Source: Klebsiella phage KPN8
Length of the DNA stretch: 64,000 bases
Strand: one strand, 5' to 3'
Sequence record: OP079919.1
The notes under the pieces were generated by a model. It saw nothing but the letters and a program-made list of their open reading frames with translations. It searched no databases and had not been told where the DNA came from. Both the position numbers and the translations under genes were made by a program. Below, piece after piece: positions 56,248 through 64,000 of this stretch (position 1 is its first letter; the number at the start of each line of letters is the position of its first letter).

Positions 56248-56270
56248 TAGGGGAGGTTCTTCCTCCCCTA
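56248..56270 (+). terminator. hairpin, putative terminator
   Basis: TAGGGGAGG-TTCTT-CCTCCCCTA. Confidence 0.4.
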
Positions 56271-56301
56271 TCCCTTATACCGCATTTTCGGAATTCTAAG
56301 A

Positions 56302-56712
56302 ATGAATAAAAATGAAATTATTGACCTCCGTTTTGGTCGCAGCGAATTCAAAGTCAATGGGTATTTCGTAGCCTTTACCGCCGGGATGACTAAGCAATTC
56401 GGCAGGGCTGTTAAAATAGAATTTAGAATTAAAAACACCGCCTCTCGTTTTAGATTGGTCGCTCACGCATTGACGGTTATTGAAGAAAGCGATCTTATTC
56501 TTTTGCATGGCGGAGATTCAAATATTATGGAATTTGTGCTCGATGCCTGCGAGCAAAGCAAGGGCATAGTTGAATACGGCGGTGAGCAGTTCGAAGCCTT
56601 TAATGTTTTGGAACGCGCTATCAAAGAAGACCCCGTTAATTGGGAACGGATGTTAAGTAAAGTGCAGTCGTCCCTGTTAACTAATAGTCCTTTGAGACAA
56701 CATTATCACTGA
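56302..56712 (+). CDS. hypothetical protein
   Basis: 136 aa ORF, weak SD. Confidence 0.6.
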   Translation: MNKNEIIDLRFGRSEFKVNGYFVAFTAGMTKQFGRAVKIEFRIKNTASRFRLVAHALTVIEESDLILLHGGDSNIMEFVLDACEQSKGIVEYGGEQFEAFNVLERAIKEDPVNWERMLSKVQSSLLTNSPLRQHYH

Positions 56713-56731
56713 CTTTAGATGGGAGTGCGCT

Positions 56732-57202
56732 ATGGATACGACGGTTGCTTCAGAGATACCATTAGATCAAACCCCTCAGTACGCAGACGATGTAGAGTGC
56801 ACGGATGCGTATATTTTTGAAACCGACGAAGACGGAGTAGGTTTAGAACTTGCTTTGTTCTCTCCCCTGCCCGATAGCTTTACTCCCGTATTAAGAATGG
56901 CTTTGGTTAAATTGGATACCGCTATGCCTATTGACGGTATAGAGGGTTTATACCGGGATCTTGACCAGACATTTGTCAGTAATTACATGACCGGGTATCT
57001 GGAAGATGACTTCGAACGCTTCTTTATCCATTTAGCAGAGCATCTGGAAAGATATGGCGGGGATACTCACCCGGCGATGATTGCGACGATTGAACAGATA
57101 GCCTGCATGACTGAAATCTACGACCTAAAAGATTTCAGAGAATTCATTTACGGTGTAACCGTTATGGTTAAACTCTTTAATCCAGAACCCACCATCCACT
57201 AA
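56732..57202 (+). CDS. hypothetical acidic protein
   Basis: 156 aa ORF; SD GGGAG. Confidence 0.7.
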   Translation: MDTTVASEIPLDQTPQYADDVECTDAYIFETDEDGVGLELALFSPLPDSFTPVLRMALVKLDTAMPIDGIEGLYRDLDQTFVSNYMTGYLEDDFERFFIHLAEHLERYGGDTHPAMIATIEQIACMTEIYDLKDFREFIYGVTVMVKLFNPEPTIH

Positions 57203-57210
57203 AGGTTTTT

Positions 57211-57837
57211 ATGGACACCAAATCCCCGGATTTTTATTTTGATTTAGACGACACCCTGACCGGCACCAACCCTTATTTATATCGCCGCGCTAAAACGTTT
57301 ACTAAGCTGAATGGAGAACATGACGTTCACGACGTTCTCGTTCAATCAGAAAAGAATGGATTAACGACCCTACAACTACCTAAACCAATAGGTGATTACA
57401 TTTTTACCAACTTCCTGGAAGACGGTAACTTTATGTTATCTGTTAACCGGTCTCCGTTATTAGAAGGGAATCTGGAAGCTTTTATTTGCTTGCTCAAAAC
57501 AATAAAAGCTAAAGGTGGAAAGGTAGGTGTTTGTACCCATCGCGGGTTTCATCCCAAAGCTAAATCTTACTCCGAATATTGGCTAGATGCTAATATCGGA
57601 ATGAAGCATTTTGACGAAGTCCACGTCCTCGACCCCAAGGTTCATCCTGATAAGTTGAAGTACCTCGAGACCCAGTCAGAATCCTTTAAGTTGGTTGACG
57701 ATAACCCGCTACATGATCTGAATAAGGTTCATGCTAGAGATAGTCGAATTCTGCATTATAACGGCATTTCCGATTACTCCGGTTATCGCCTTCAGCGCAA
57801 GGTTAAATCCGTTTCTGATATCATGCAACTGCTTTAA
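57211..57837 (+). CDS. HAD-superfamily hydrolase (possible 5'(3')-deoxyribonucleotidase-like phosphatase)
   Basis: motif I FDLDDTLTGT, motif II VCTHRG, later K and VDDNP (motif IV). Confidence 0.5.
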   Translation: MDTKSPDFYFDLDDTLTGTNPYLYRRAKTFTKLNGEHDVHDVLVQSEKNGLTTLQLPKPIGDYIFTNFLEDGNFMLSVNRSPLLEGNLEAFICLLKTIKAKGGKVGVCTHRGFHPKAKSYSEYWLDANIGMKHFDEVHVLDPKVHPDKLKYLETQSESFKLVDDNPLHDLNKVHARDSRILHYNGISDYSGYRLQRKVKSVSDIMQLL

Positions 57838-57850
57838 ATTTAAACGATAC

Positions 57851-57896
57851 CTACTATCTCTTGGGAAACCAAGAGATAGTAAAACCACTATTTTTG
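57851..57896 (+). terminator. hairpin, putative terminator
   Basis: ACTATCTCTTGG-GAAA-CCAAGAGATAGT 12 bp stem; T5 run 10 nt downstream. Confidence 0.45.
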
Positions 57897-57915
57897 CATT
57901 TAGGAAATTTTTACC

Positions 57916-59820
57916 ATGAGAGAGCAACTAGCTGAACAAATCAGGTATCATAATAAACGTTATTTTTTAGATAACGATCCGGAAATATCCGACGATCAAT
58001 ACGACGAATTAAAACGGCAATACGACGCGTTGGGTGGTAATAAAAGTGCTTCCCCCATCTTGTTAGACATGGAGGGGAGTGCTCTGCACAAGGTAGGGTT
58101 AGACATCCCCATGCTATCTTTATCTAAGAAATTGAACTTATCGGAATACGAAGCCTGGGAATCCGATTACGAAGATAAGGATAAATATCATTCTTACAAA
58201 CTGGACGGTCTGGCGATTGAAGCCTGTTATGAGTTTGGCTTGTTAACTAAGCTCCGTACACGAGGAGATGGGTTAACTGGCGAAGATATCTTAGATAATG
58301 CCGGGGTCTTCTCACCAGATCAGCTCCCTTTAGAAAATCCAGCTTTAAAGGATTTCCACCGAGTTTGGTTACGAGGGGAAGGGTACGTCAGACTGGACGA
58401 TCTGGTTGTTATCAATGAGATCAACGCCAAGAGTTATCCCAATTGTCGTAGTGCGGCATCGGGTCTTATTCGTAGAAATCCAAAAGACAACGTGGATCTG
58501 GCAGGTAAGATCTCTTATAACGTTTATTGGTGTAGTGACCGTTTCGGTTTAGAGACTTACTCCGCCGTTATGGATAAACTCCGTGACTTCGGTTTCAGTA
58601 CTGCGCCGGAATGTCAGTATGAAGACATCGTCAATAATAACCGCCCTCCCCTTCTTCCTACCGACGGAATCGTTTCCGTTATTGATAGTTTTTCTGATCA
58701 AGACGAATTGGGTTCGACTAATGAATACCCTCGCTGGGGCGTTGCTTATAAGTTCCCTCCAGAGCAAGCGGAAACCATTGCTGAAAACGTTTCGTGGGAA
58801 ACGGGTAGAACCGGTCGGGTCACCCCTGTTCTCACCTATAAGGCGGTCACATTAGGTGGCAACACAAATACGGAATGTTCTTTGTTTAATTATCGTCACT
58901 TTATCAAAACGGGTGTGCGTAAAGGAAGCCGGATTATCATTGCTCGTAACGGTGACGTCATTCCTTATTTCGTTAAGGTTGTGGAAGCCGGATTAGGGGA
59001 TGAGTTTAAAACCCCTAAAGTCTGTCCGTCATGTTCGTCTATCCTGATGTATGAAGGGAAAGACGAGAAGAACATCTTCTTAACCTGTAAAAATACCGCG
59101 GATTGTCCAGCGCAGCATATCCAGAGATTCATTAATTTTGTCAGTCGTAAGGGATTGGATATCAAAGGTTACGGCGATAAGATGATGGAGAAGCACGTCG
59201 GGGAAGGGAAAGTCAGTACGCTTTCTGACATTCTTAACTTAGGAGAAATCCTTTCAGGGGAGGGTTTGGATAGGAATACGGAGAAAGTTATTGAGAAACT
59301 TAATAACTTAGGAAGTTACCCGGCGTATAAAGTGCTGGGGGCTTTAGGGATTCCTGGTGTCGCGGAAGGAACAGCTAAACTCATCACTGCTCGAGTCAGT
59401 AGCGTAGAAGATCTGATTGCTCTACTCAAGGACGTTAATCGTTTACTGGAGATTGAGGGCGTTGGGGTGAGTACCGTAAATGAGATCCAGTCGTTTTTAG
59501 GCAATCCCGTTCTCCTTACGGATACTGAAAACGTGCTGAATAAACTAACACTAACGTTTGAAAAAGGGCAAGAGCACGATATCAAAGTGTGTGTTACTGG
59601 CGGGTTGTCTATTCCACGCAGTGCAGCAGAAGAGTTGTTCAATCTTTCTGGGATTGAGTTACTGGACGGGGTAACTAAAAAGATGGATGTTCTCGTCTTC
59701 GCACCTGGAGGGAGTCAGGGTAAGAAAGATAAAGCTATCGCCATGAATAAAGTGGTTATAGAAGCAACCGACGTTCACACTGTAGAACAAATTATCGATC
59801 AAATATTAACAGCCATTTAG
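57916..59820 (+). CDS. ligA: NAD+-dependent DNA ligase (LigA family)
   Basis: adenylation motif SYKLDGLAIEACYEFGLLTKLRTRGDGLTGEDI (E. coli LigA [33 protein letters not shown]); N-terminal Ia-like domain; Cys4 zinc finger CPSCSS...C; C-terminal BRCT-like region. Confidence 0.85.
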   Translation: MREQLAEQIRYHNKRYFLDNDPEISDDQYDELKRQYDALGGNKSASPILLDMEGSALHKVGLDIPMLSLSKKLNLSEYEAWESDYEDKDKYHSYKLDGLAIEACYEFGLLTKLRTRGDGLTGEDILDNAGVFSPDQLPLENPALKDFHRVWLRGEGYVRLDDLVVINEINAKSYPNCRSAASGLIRRNPKDNVDLAGKISYNVYWCSDRFGLETYSAVMDKLRDFGFSTAPECQYEDIVNNNRPPLLPTDGIVSVIDSFSDQDELGSTNEYPRWGVAYKFPPEQAETIAENVSWETGRTGRVTPVLTYKAVTLGGNTNTECSLFNYRHFIKTGVRKGSRIIIARNGDVIPYFVKVVEAGLGDEFKTPKVCPSCSSILMYEGKDEKNIFLTCKNTADCPAQHIQRFINFVSRKGLDIKGYGDKMMEKHVGEGKVSTLSDILNLGEILSGEGLDRNTEKVIEKLNNLGSYPAYKVLGALGIPGVAEGTAKLITARVSSVEDLIALLKDVNRLLEIEGVGVSTVNEIQSFLGNPVLLTDTENVLNKLTLTFEKGQEHDIKVCVTGGLSIPRSAAEELFNLSGIELLDGVTKKMDVLVFAPGGSQGKKDKAIAMNKVVIEATDVHTVEQIIDQILTAI

Positions 59821-59830
59821 GAGAAAAGCA

Positions 59831-60157
59831 ATGCGAATTATTAAAATCGTAACTGTTTTTGTAGATGCGACTATGGAGGAGATCAAAGCGATCGTGAAAC
59901 AACACGTCGATCGTAATTTATACGAAGATCATATCCTCGAATACAAAGAAGGTTCGGCCGTTTTCTTGGTTGCCGAAAACCAAGCTGGATTGGTTGCGAC
60001 CTCTTTGCAAGGCGCTTTCGATAATTCGGAATACATGCCTCGCTCTACGTTAACGGATACTGACAAGGGATTGATCGTATTGCGTTACACCAAACTCACT
60101 GGGGACCTGCGCGCTTCTAACGGTACTCGTAATCAAGCCAAAGCCATGTTTAACTAA
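59831..60157 (+). CDS. hypothetical protein
   Basis: 108 aa; SD AGGAGA. Confidence 0.65.
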   Translation: MRIIKIVTVFVDATMEEIKAIVKQHVDRNLYEDHILEYKEGSAVFLVAENQAGLVATSLQGAFDNSEYMPRSTLTDTDKGLIVLRYTKLTGDLRASNGTRNQAKAMFN

Positions 60158-60172
60158 TTGGATATCGACAAA

Positions 60173-61450
60173 ATGACCAAAGAAACTAAAGTAGAGAACA
60201 AATCCGACGTTACCCTTTCTGCAGATAAACAAAAAGAGGCGAATGGATTTAAAATTCGAGAGAAGCGAGCGCAGGTCGCTAGTCCTAAACGCGATTATAG
60301 TTTGGTAATCGATGGGGAGGATAAAACTTCGGAGCTGGCTGAGGTTGAAGAACCCAAACTCACCGAAATCAAACTCATCCTTGGGGTTGGCGGCGGACGT
60401 TATAAAAATGAAGGTAGCTTAAAAAATCTTTTTGAAAAAGAAGGCGTTGAATTAAAAGAATTTACCTTTAAACATAACGGTAAAGATCTCAGTGTCATTT
60501 TAAGTAAGGGATCGCGCGTAACGCTGAATCTTAATTCTAAAAATCGGATGTACTTCCTCGATGAAGAATACGATAACCGCGAAACGTTCGTCAGAGACTA
60601 TCGATTGCAAGGACTCTTCCATCCGTCTTTTGCTTGGGGTGAACGCAAAGATTTTGACAGTATGTTAGTGGTTCTTAATTCCGTCGTCGAATTGAAATAC
60701 GTCAGAGGCGTCAATCTTGTTATCAACCAAGATATCTCTGAGGGGTCGCTGACTTCTTCTTACATCTATAACAATTGCCAGCGTGAATACATCAAGCTCA
60801 AAAACCCCACCGTCTACTATTCCGAAATAGAAGAAGGAAATCTGGGCGATCATTCATACATCGGAAGAAGTGTGCTGCGCGATAGTTCTGTGAGGGGTAA
60901 ACATATCTCGATCACTAACTCAGCTTTGGTGGAGACAAGGATTGACTCTGAAGCCGGATTGAATGCTTCTCAAATACGTCTGAACCGTTCTAATATCAAC
61001 TGTTTGAAAGGAAAGGTTAACTTTGACGGAGGTTCTTTTAAAGAATACTCCGACCTGAATATTGGGACGGTAAATGACATTTTTATCAAACGCAAAGTTG
61101 ACGTGCTGGAATACTCCATTGGTGATATCACCCTGGTGGGGGTTCGTAAAGGTACCGGCTACCCCCGTTCTATCGATGACGAGAATGGTGTTGAAATGAT
61201 CATTTCGATGCCTTATCGCTACGTCGATAATGCTTCAGAAATCATTGTTAGAGATAAAGATACTCGCAGCGAAATCTCAGCTAAGGTCGCTAAGCTCATT
61301 TTCAATAGAGACGTCGATAAGATCATTTATCAGGGTCCGTTCCAGAGTAACACCGTGGAGTCGACCATCGTAGAATCTTTCTCCGACGCCATTATGTCCC
61401 GTCTTCGTCTGCTGACGATGATTGATGCGGCTTTACACGTAGGAATTTAA
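60173..61450 (+). CDS. hypothetical protein (start ATG 60173 or TTG 60158; no convincing SD for either)
   Basis: about 425 aa ORF. Confidence 0.6.
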   Translation: MTKETKVENKSDVTLSADKQKEANGFKIREKRAQVASPKRDYSLVIDGEDKTSELAEVEEPKLTEIKLILGVGGGRYKNEGSLKNLFEKEGVELKEFTFKHNGKDLSVILSKGSRVTLNLNSKNRMYFLDEEYDNRETFVRDYRLQGLFHPSFAWGERKDFDSMLVVLNSVVELKYVRGVNLVINQDISEGSLTSSYIYNNCQREYIKLKNPTVYYSEIEEGNLGDHSYIGRSVLRDSSVRGKHISITNSALVETRIDSEAGLNASQIRLNRSNINCLKGKVNFDGGSFKEYSDLNIGTVNDIFIKRKVDVLEYSIGDITLVGVRKGTGYPRSIDDENGVEMIISMPYRYVDNASEIIVRDKDTRSEISAKVAKLIFNRDVDKIIYQGPFQSNTVESTIVESFSDAIMSRLRLLTMIDAALHVGI

Positions 61451-61453
61451 ATC

Positions 61454-62059
61454 ATGTTAAAAATTCGTTTCGAAGAATTAAAGACGTTTAACAAACTCAT
61501 TGTTAACGACTTTACCATTAAGGTCGATAAAGGTCACGAGAACCTCCCAGCCGAGCTTTACGAAGGTAAGACGCTCATCGCTACCATACCGACAACAAAA
61601 TCGTCCTCAGGCGTTCCTATTAAGCCTATGGGGTTATTCCCGTTCGTTACTTTAATGGCCATGGGTGGGGCTATTATCAGTCAACAGAAAGAAGGGGTCT
61701 TTGATAAACTCCAGGGTTTATCCGAAGAGATCTTTTCTCAAGTAATCCATCGACAAACGATGGGAGAGCAGTTCTGCGACGATCCTAAGAATCACAAGTA
61801 CCTTCGTGTGTGCTTGGATAATGGGGCGTGGTCAACTGAGAAGGAAATCCAACCCGGTATTTTTGTGAATAACGAGTTTTACGTGTCGTCCAACGTTAAT
61901 TCGAAAAATCAACGTTTTATGAAGGTTATTTCCATAACCGACGTCGCCTCCCCTAATCGTAAAAATATCGTTAGGCAGGAACTCCGTCAGGTTTACGTCT
62001 TCACCGTACCGTTTGGGGAATTCGGATTTAAACACGAATTGGTCCAATCGATTAAATAA
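61454..62059 (+). CDS. hypothetical protein
   Basis: 201 aa; SD AGGAA. Confidence 0.7.
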   Translation: MLKIRFEELKTFNKLIVNDFTIKVDKGHENLPAELYEGKTLIATIPTTKSSSGVPIKPMGLFPFVTLMAMGGAIISQQKEGVFDKLQGLSEEIFSQVIHRQTMGEQFCDDPKNHKYLRVCLDNGAWSTEKEIQPGIFVNNEFYVSSNVNSKNQRFMKVISITDVASPNRKNIVRQELRQVYVFTVPFGEFGFKHELVQSIK

Positions 62060-62066
62060 CGTTGAG

Positions 62067-62092
62067 AGGGGAGATTAAGTTCTCCCCTATTT
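62067..62092 (+). terminator. hairpin, weak terminator
   Basis: AGGGGAGA-TTAAG-TTCTCCCCT then ATTT. Confidence 0.4.
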
Positions 62093-62111
62093 AACCAACG
62101 AGGATAAGATT

Positions 62112-62633
62112 TTGGATCAAATTACTATTTACACCGATGGTAGTTGTCTTGAAAATAGTTCTGCCGGAGGACCGGGTGGGTGGGCGTACATTATCGTCGG
62201 TAAGGATGAAAAATATTCGATAGAACAAAACAAAGGTTATTTTAAAACCACAAATAACCGAATGGAAATGATGGCGTGTTTAGAAGCGTTATTGGAGTTC
62301 GATTACCCGAAAAGAATTATCATTCATACCGATAGCCAATATCTCATCGACGGGATGACTAAATGGATCTACGGTTGGAGAAAAAGGAATTGGGTGACGG
62401 GTTACGGGGAAGCGGTTAAAAATAAAGACCTTTGGCAGGCGTTGATTGACGCAAGCAAATTTCATAAGGTCACCTACGTGAAAGTTAAAGCGCACAACGG
62501 CGATAAGTATAATGAACGTTGCGATGTTCTCGCTAAAGAAGCAGCGAGAAACCCAGAGCTTGATGACGTAGGATTTGTTCCCGTACACAACCCACCCAAA
62601 ATTAAATATCCTTATTACTTTAGGAAAAGATAA
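62112..62633 (+). CDS. rnhA: ribonuclease HI
   Basis: TTG start with GAGGA SD; ITIYTDGSCLENSSAGGPGGWAYII, TTNNRMEMMACLEALL, IIIHTDSQYLIDGMTKWIYGWRKRNW, VKAHNGDKYNERCDVLAKEAA: near-colinear with E. coli RnhA catalytic motifs (D, E, D, H, D). Confidence 0.85.
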   Translation: MDQITIYTDGSCLENSSAGGPGGWAYIIVGKDEKYSIEQNKGYFKTTNNRMEMMACLEALLEFDYPKRIIIHTDSQYLIDGMTKWIYGWRKRNWVTGYGEAVKNKDLWQALIDASKFHKVTYVKVKAHNGDKYNERCDVLAKEAARNPELDDVGFVPVHNPPKIKYPYYFRKR

Positions 62634-62635
62634 TC

Positions 62636-63976
62636 ATGGTTTCAATTGATGATGTGCAGAAAAAACTCACCGCTTATTTTGACGACCGTTTAATCGGACA
62701 ACCTGAATTAGTAGAGGGTATCGTAACCAATATCAAACTACGAGAAATCTACCATAACAATTTAGCCTTTGCTAAAGAAACTGGGATTTATATCCCCCCT
62801 TTAAATATGCTGGTTAGGGGGAAATCCGGTAACGGTAAAAGTCATTCAATTAACTTTATCTGCCGATCTTTGGGATTACCTTTCGTCAGCGTCAACGCCA
62901 CGGATTTTACTTCTTCCGGTTATGTTGGGGCTTCGCTGTCAGATATTCCTAAAATGCTGATCGATGAAGCAGAAAGGATTCTTAAAGAAAACGATCAAAA
63001 TAAAGTAGGGTTCGACACATCCACTCCAGCACGGGATGATAAGGATATTGAGGAAGCCGACAATCGTTTTAAAGCGATAGAAAAAGAGTTGGTCGATTTG
63101 GGTATCGGAGTTGATAAATTAGGACCTAAGAGACCCGCCTTTGCCCACTCCATACGTTTGTATGAAAAGGCAAACGCCCACAAAATCAGAGTTTGTTTCC
63201 GTAACAAAATGCCTAAGAAACTTTATGCTGAATTGACGGAAGGAAAAGACTTTACCGGGAAAGAGAAGACGAAGATTAATAGTTTGTTAAATAAACTTTG
63301 TTTACCTCATAAGCCCTACGTCTTTAAATTCGACACAAGTTTCATCGATAAATTCAAGTTAGGGAAAACAAGGGATTCCGACCCTGAGGCTAAAGAGTAT
63401 GCCCAAAATAAGGGCATCGTCATGATCGATGAGATCGATAAAATCCTTATGGGTAAGAACGGACAATACAACGTTGGTACTCATGGGATCATTAGGGAGA
63501 TTTTAGCGTATCTGTCCGGATCGAACATTATGTGCGGAGGGGATATGTTTGATACGTCAAACATCATCTTTATCTGTGCTGGTGCTTTTGACATGGTTGA
63601 CTTTAAAGATATCCCCACCGAACTCTTAGGTCGGCTCCCTACACGTTTAACTGTTAAGGACCCTACTGAAGATAGCCTTTACCGGATGCTGACTTCCCAG
63701 GTAGTCGATCCGTGGGGTATGGTAAAACTCATTCTTCGTAACAAAGGATGTGAGAATTTTATCATTAGTGATGAAATTTCTAGGTATATCGCCAAACGTG
63801 TTATTGAGGACGAAAAGATCAAACCCATTGGGGTCAGACGTTTAATGGCCGTGATTAGCGAAATAGCTAAAATCTATTATCTCATGGACGAGATAGATAA
63901 AGAGATAACTTTATCAGAGTTCGTAGCGGATAAAGCACTTAAAACGATTAGAGACGGTTTATTAGAATCGGTTTAA
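62636..63976 (+). CDS. hslU: HslU-like AAA+ unfoldase (ClpX/HslU family) with I-domain-sized insertion
   Basis: LIGQ, Walker A GKSGNGKS, pore loop SGYVGAS, about 140 aa insertion, Walker B GIVMIDEIDKI, NIIFICAGAF (HslU ILFIASGAF), LLGRLPTRL (HslU LQGRLPIRV), sensor-2 region IGVRRL (HslU IGARRL). Confidence 0.8.
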   Translation: MVSIDDVQKKLTAYFDDRLIGQPELVEGIVTNIKLREIYHNNLAFAKETGIYIPPLNMLVRGKSGNGKSHSINFICRSLGLPFVSVNATDFTSSGYVGASLSDIPKMLIDEAERILKENDQNKVGFDTSTPARDDKDIEEADNRFKAIEKELVDLGIGVDKLGPKRPAFAHSIRLYEKANAHKIRVCFRNKMPKKLYAELTEGKDFTGKEKTKINSLLNKLCLPHKPYVFKFDTSFIDKFKLGKTRDSDPEAKEYAQNKGIVMIDEIDKILMGKNGQYNVGTHGIIREILAYLSGSNIMCGGDMFDTSNIIFICAGAFDMVDFKDIPTELLGRLPTRLTVKDPTEDSLYRMLTSQVVDPWGMVKLILRNKGCENFIISDEISRYIAKRVIEDEKIKPIGVRRLMAVISEIAKIYYLMDEIDKEITLSEFVADKALKTIRDGLLESV

Positions 63977-64000
63977 ACTTATATCCTGGGCGGATCCGCC

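Noticed and set aside
1-64000. CRISPR arrays, rRNA, tRNA, integrase or other prophage hallmarks
   Set aside because: No regularly spaced direct repeats, no rRNA or tRNA-like structures and no recombinase motifs are seen. The repeated GC-rich hairpins are terminators at gene ends, not CRISPR repeats.

Overview
This window reads as one contiguous piece of a large virulent tailed-phage genome, probably a myovirus with jumbo-sized structural proteins. I found no integrase, rRNA, tRNA or CRISPR array. The host is Gram-negative: there is an overlapping spanin pair whose o-spanin has a lipobox. It is probably enterobacterial, judged from AGGAG-type Shine-Dalgarno sequences, host-like codon bias, and homologs close to E. 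coli RnhA, LigA and HslU.

Layout of the window:
- 1 to 14.8 kb: 14 co-oriented plus-strand virion-module genes of unknown function. Two of them (94..1209 and 4920..6185) show extreme host-optimal codon usage.
- 14.8 to 17.5 kb: an isolated secreted protein, then a minus-strand helicase like T4 gp41 (superfamily 4, DnaB family).
- 17.5 to 25 kb: a 728 aa highly expressed major virion protein (major capsid candidate). It is followed by an AT-rich moron gene and then two large head-module genes.
- 25.9 to 27.4 kb: three tandem paralogous glycine-zipper proteins, highly expressed.
- 27.5 to 37.6 kb: a 989 aa minus-strand protein with a poly-acidic tail (portal candidate) and an abundant 301 aa virion protein. 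These are followed by a RuvC-like resolvase and a membrane protein, then a convergent overlapping i-spanin/o-spanin pair.
- 37.7 to 51.3 kb: an array of four giant receptor-binding proteins. The first is a parallel beta-helix tailspike; the next two share an N-terminal anchor module with it. Each is closed by its own GC-rich hairpin.
- 51.3 to 52.3 kb: a baseplate central spike gene like P2 gpV, on the minus strand.
- 52.4 to 64 kb: start of a DNA-metabolism module. It holds a Rad50/SbcC protein like T4 gp46 with a CPEC zinc hook, a lytic transglycosylase with an SAR-like signal, a HAD hydrolase, an NAD-dependent DNA ligase, RNase HI and an HslU-like AAA+ unfoldase.

About 16 GC-rich hairpin terminators punctuate the window, built around recurring GGGTAGG / GGGGAGG cores. 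All protein-family calls come from reading motifs by eye. No database search was run.
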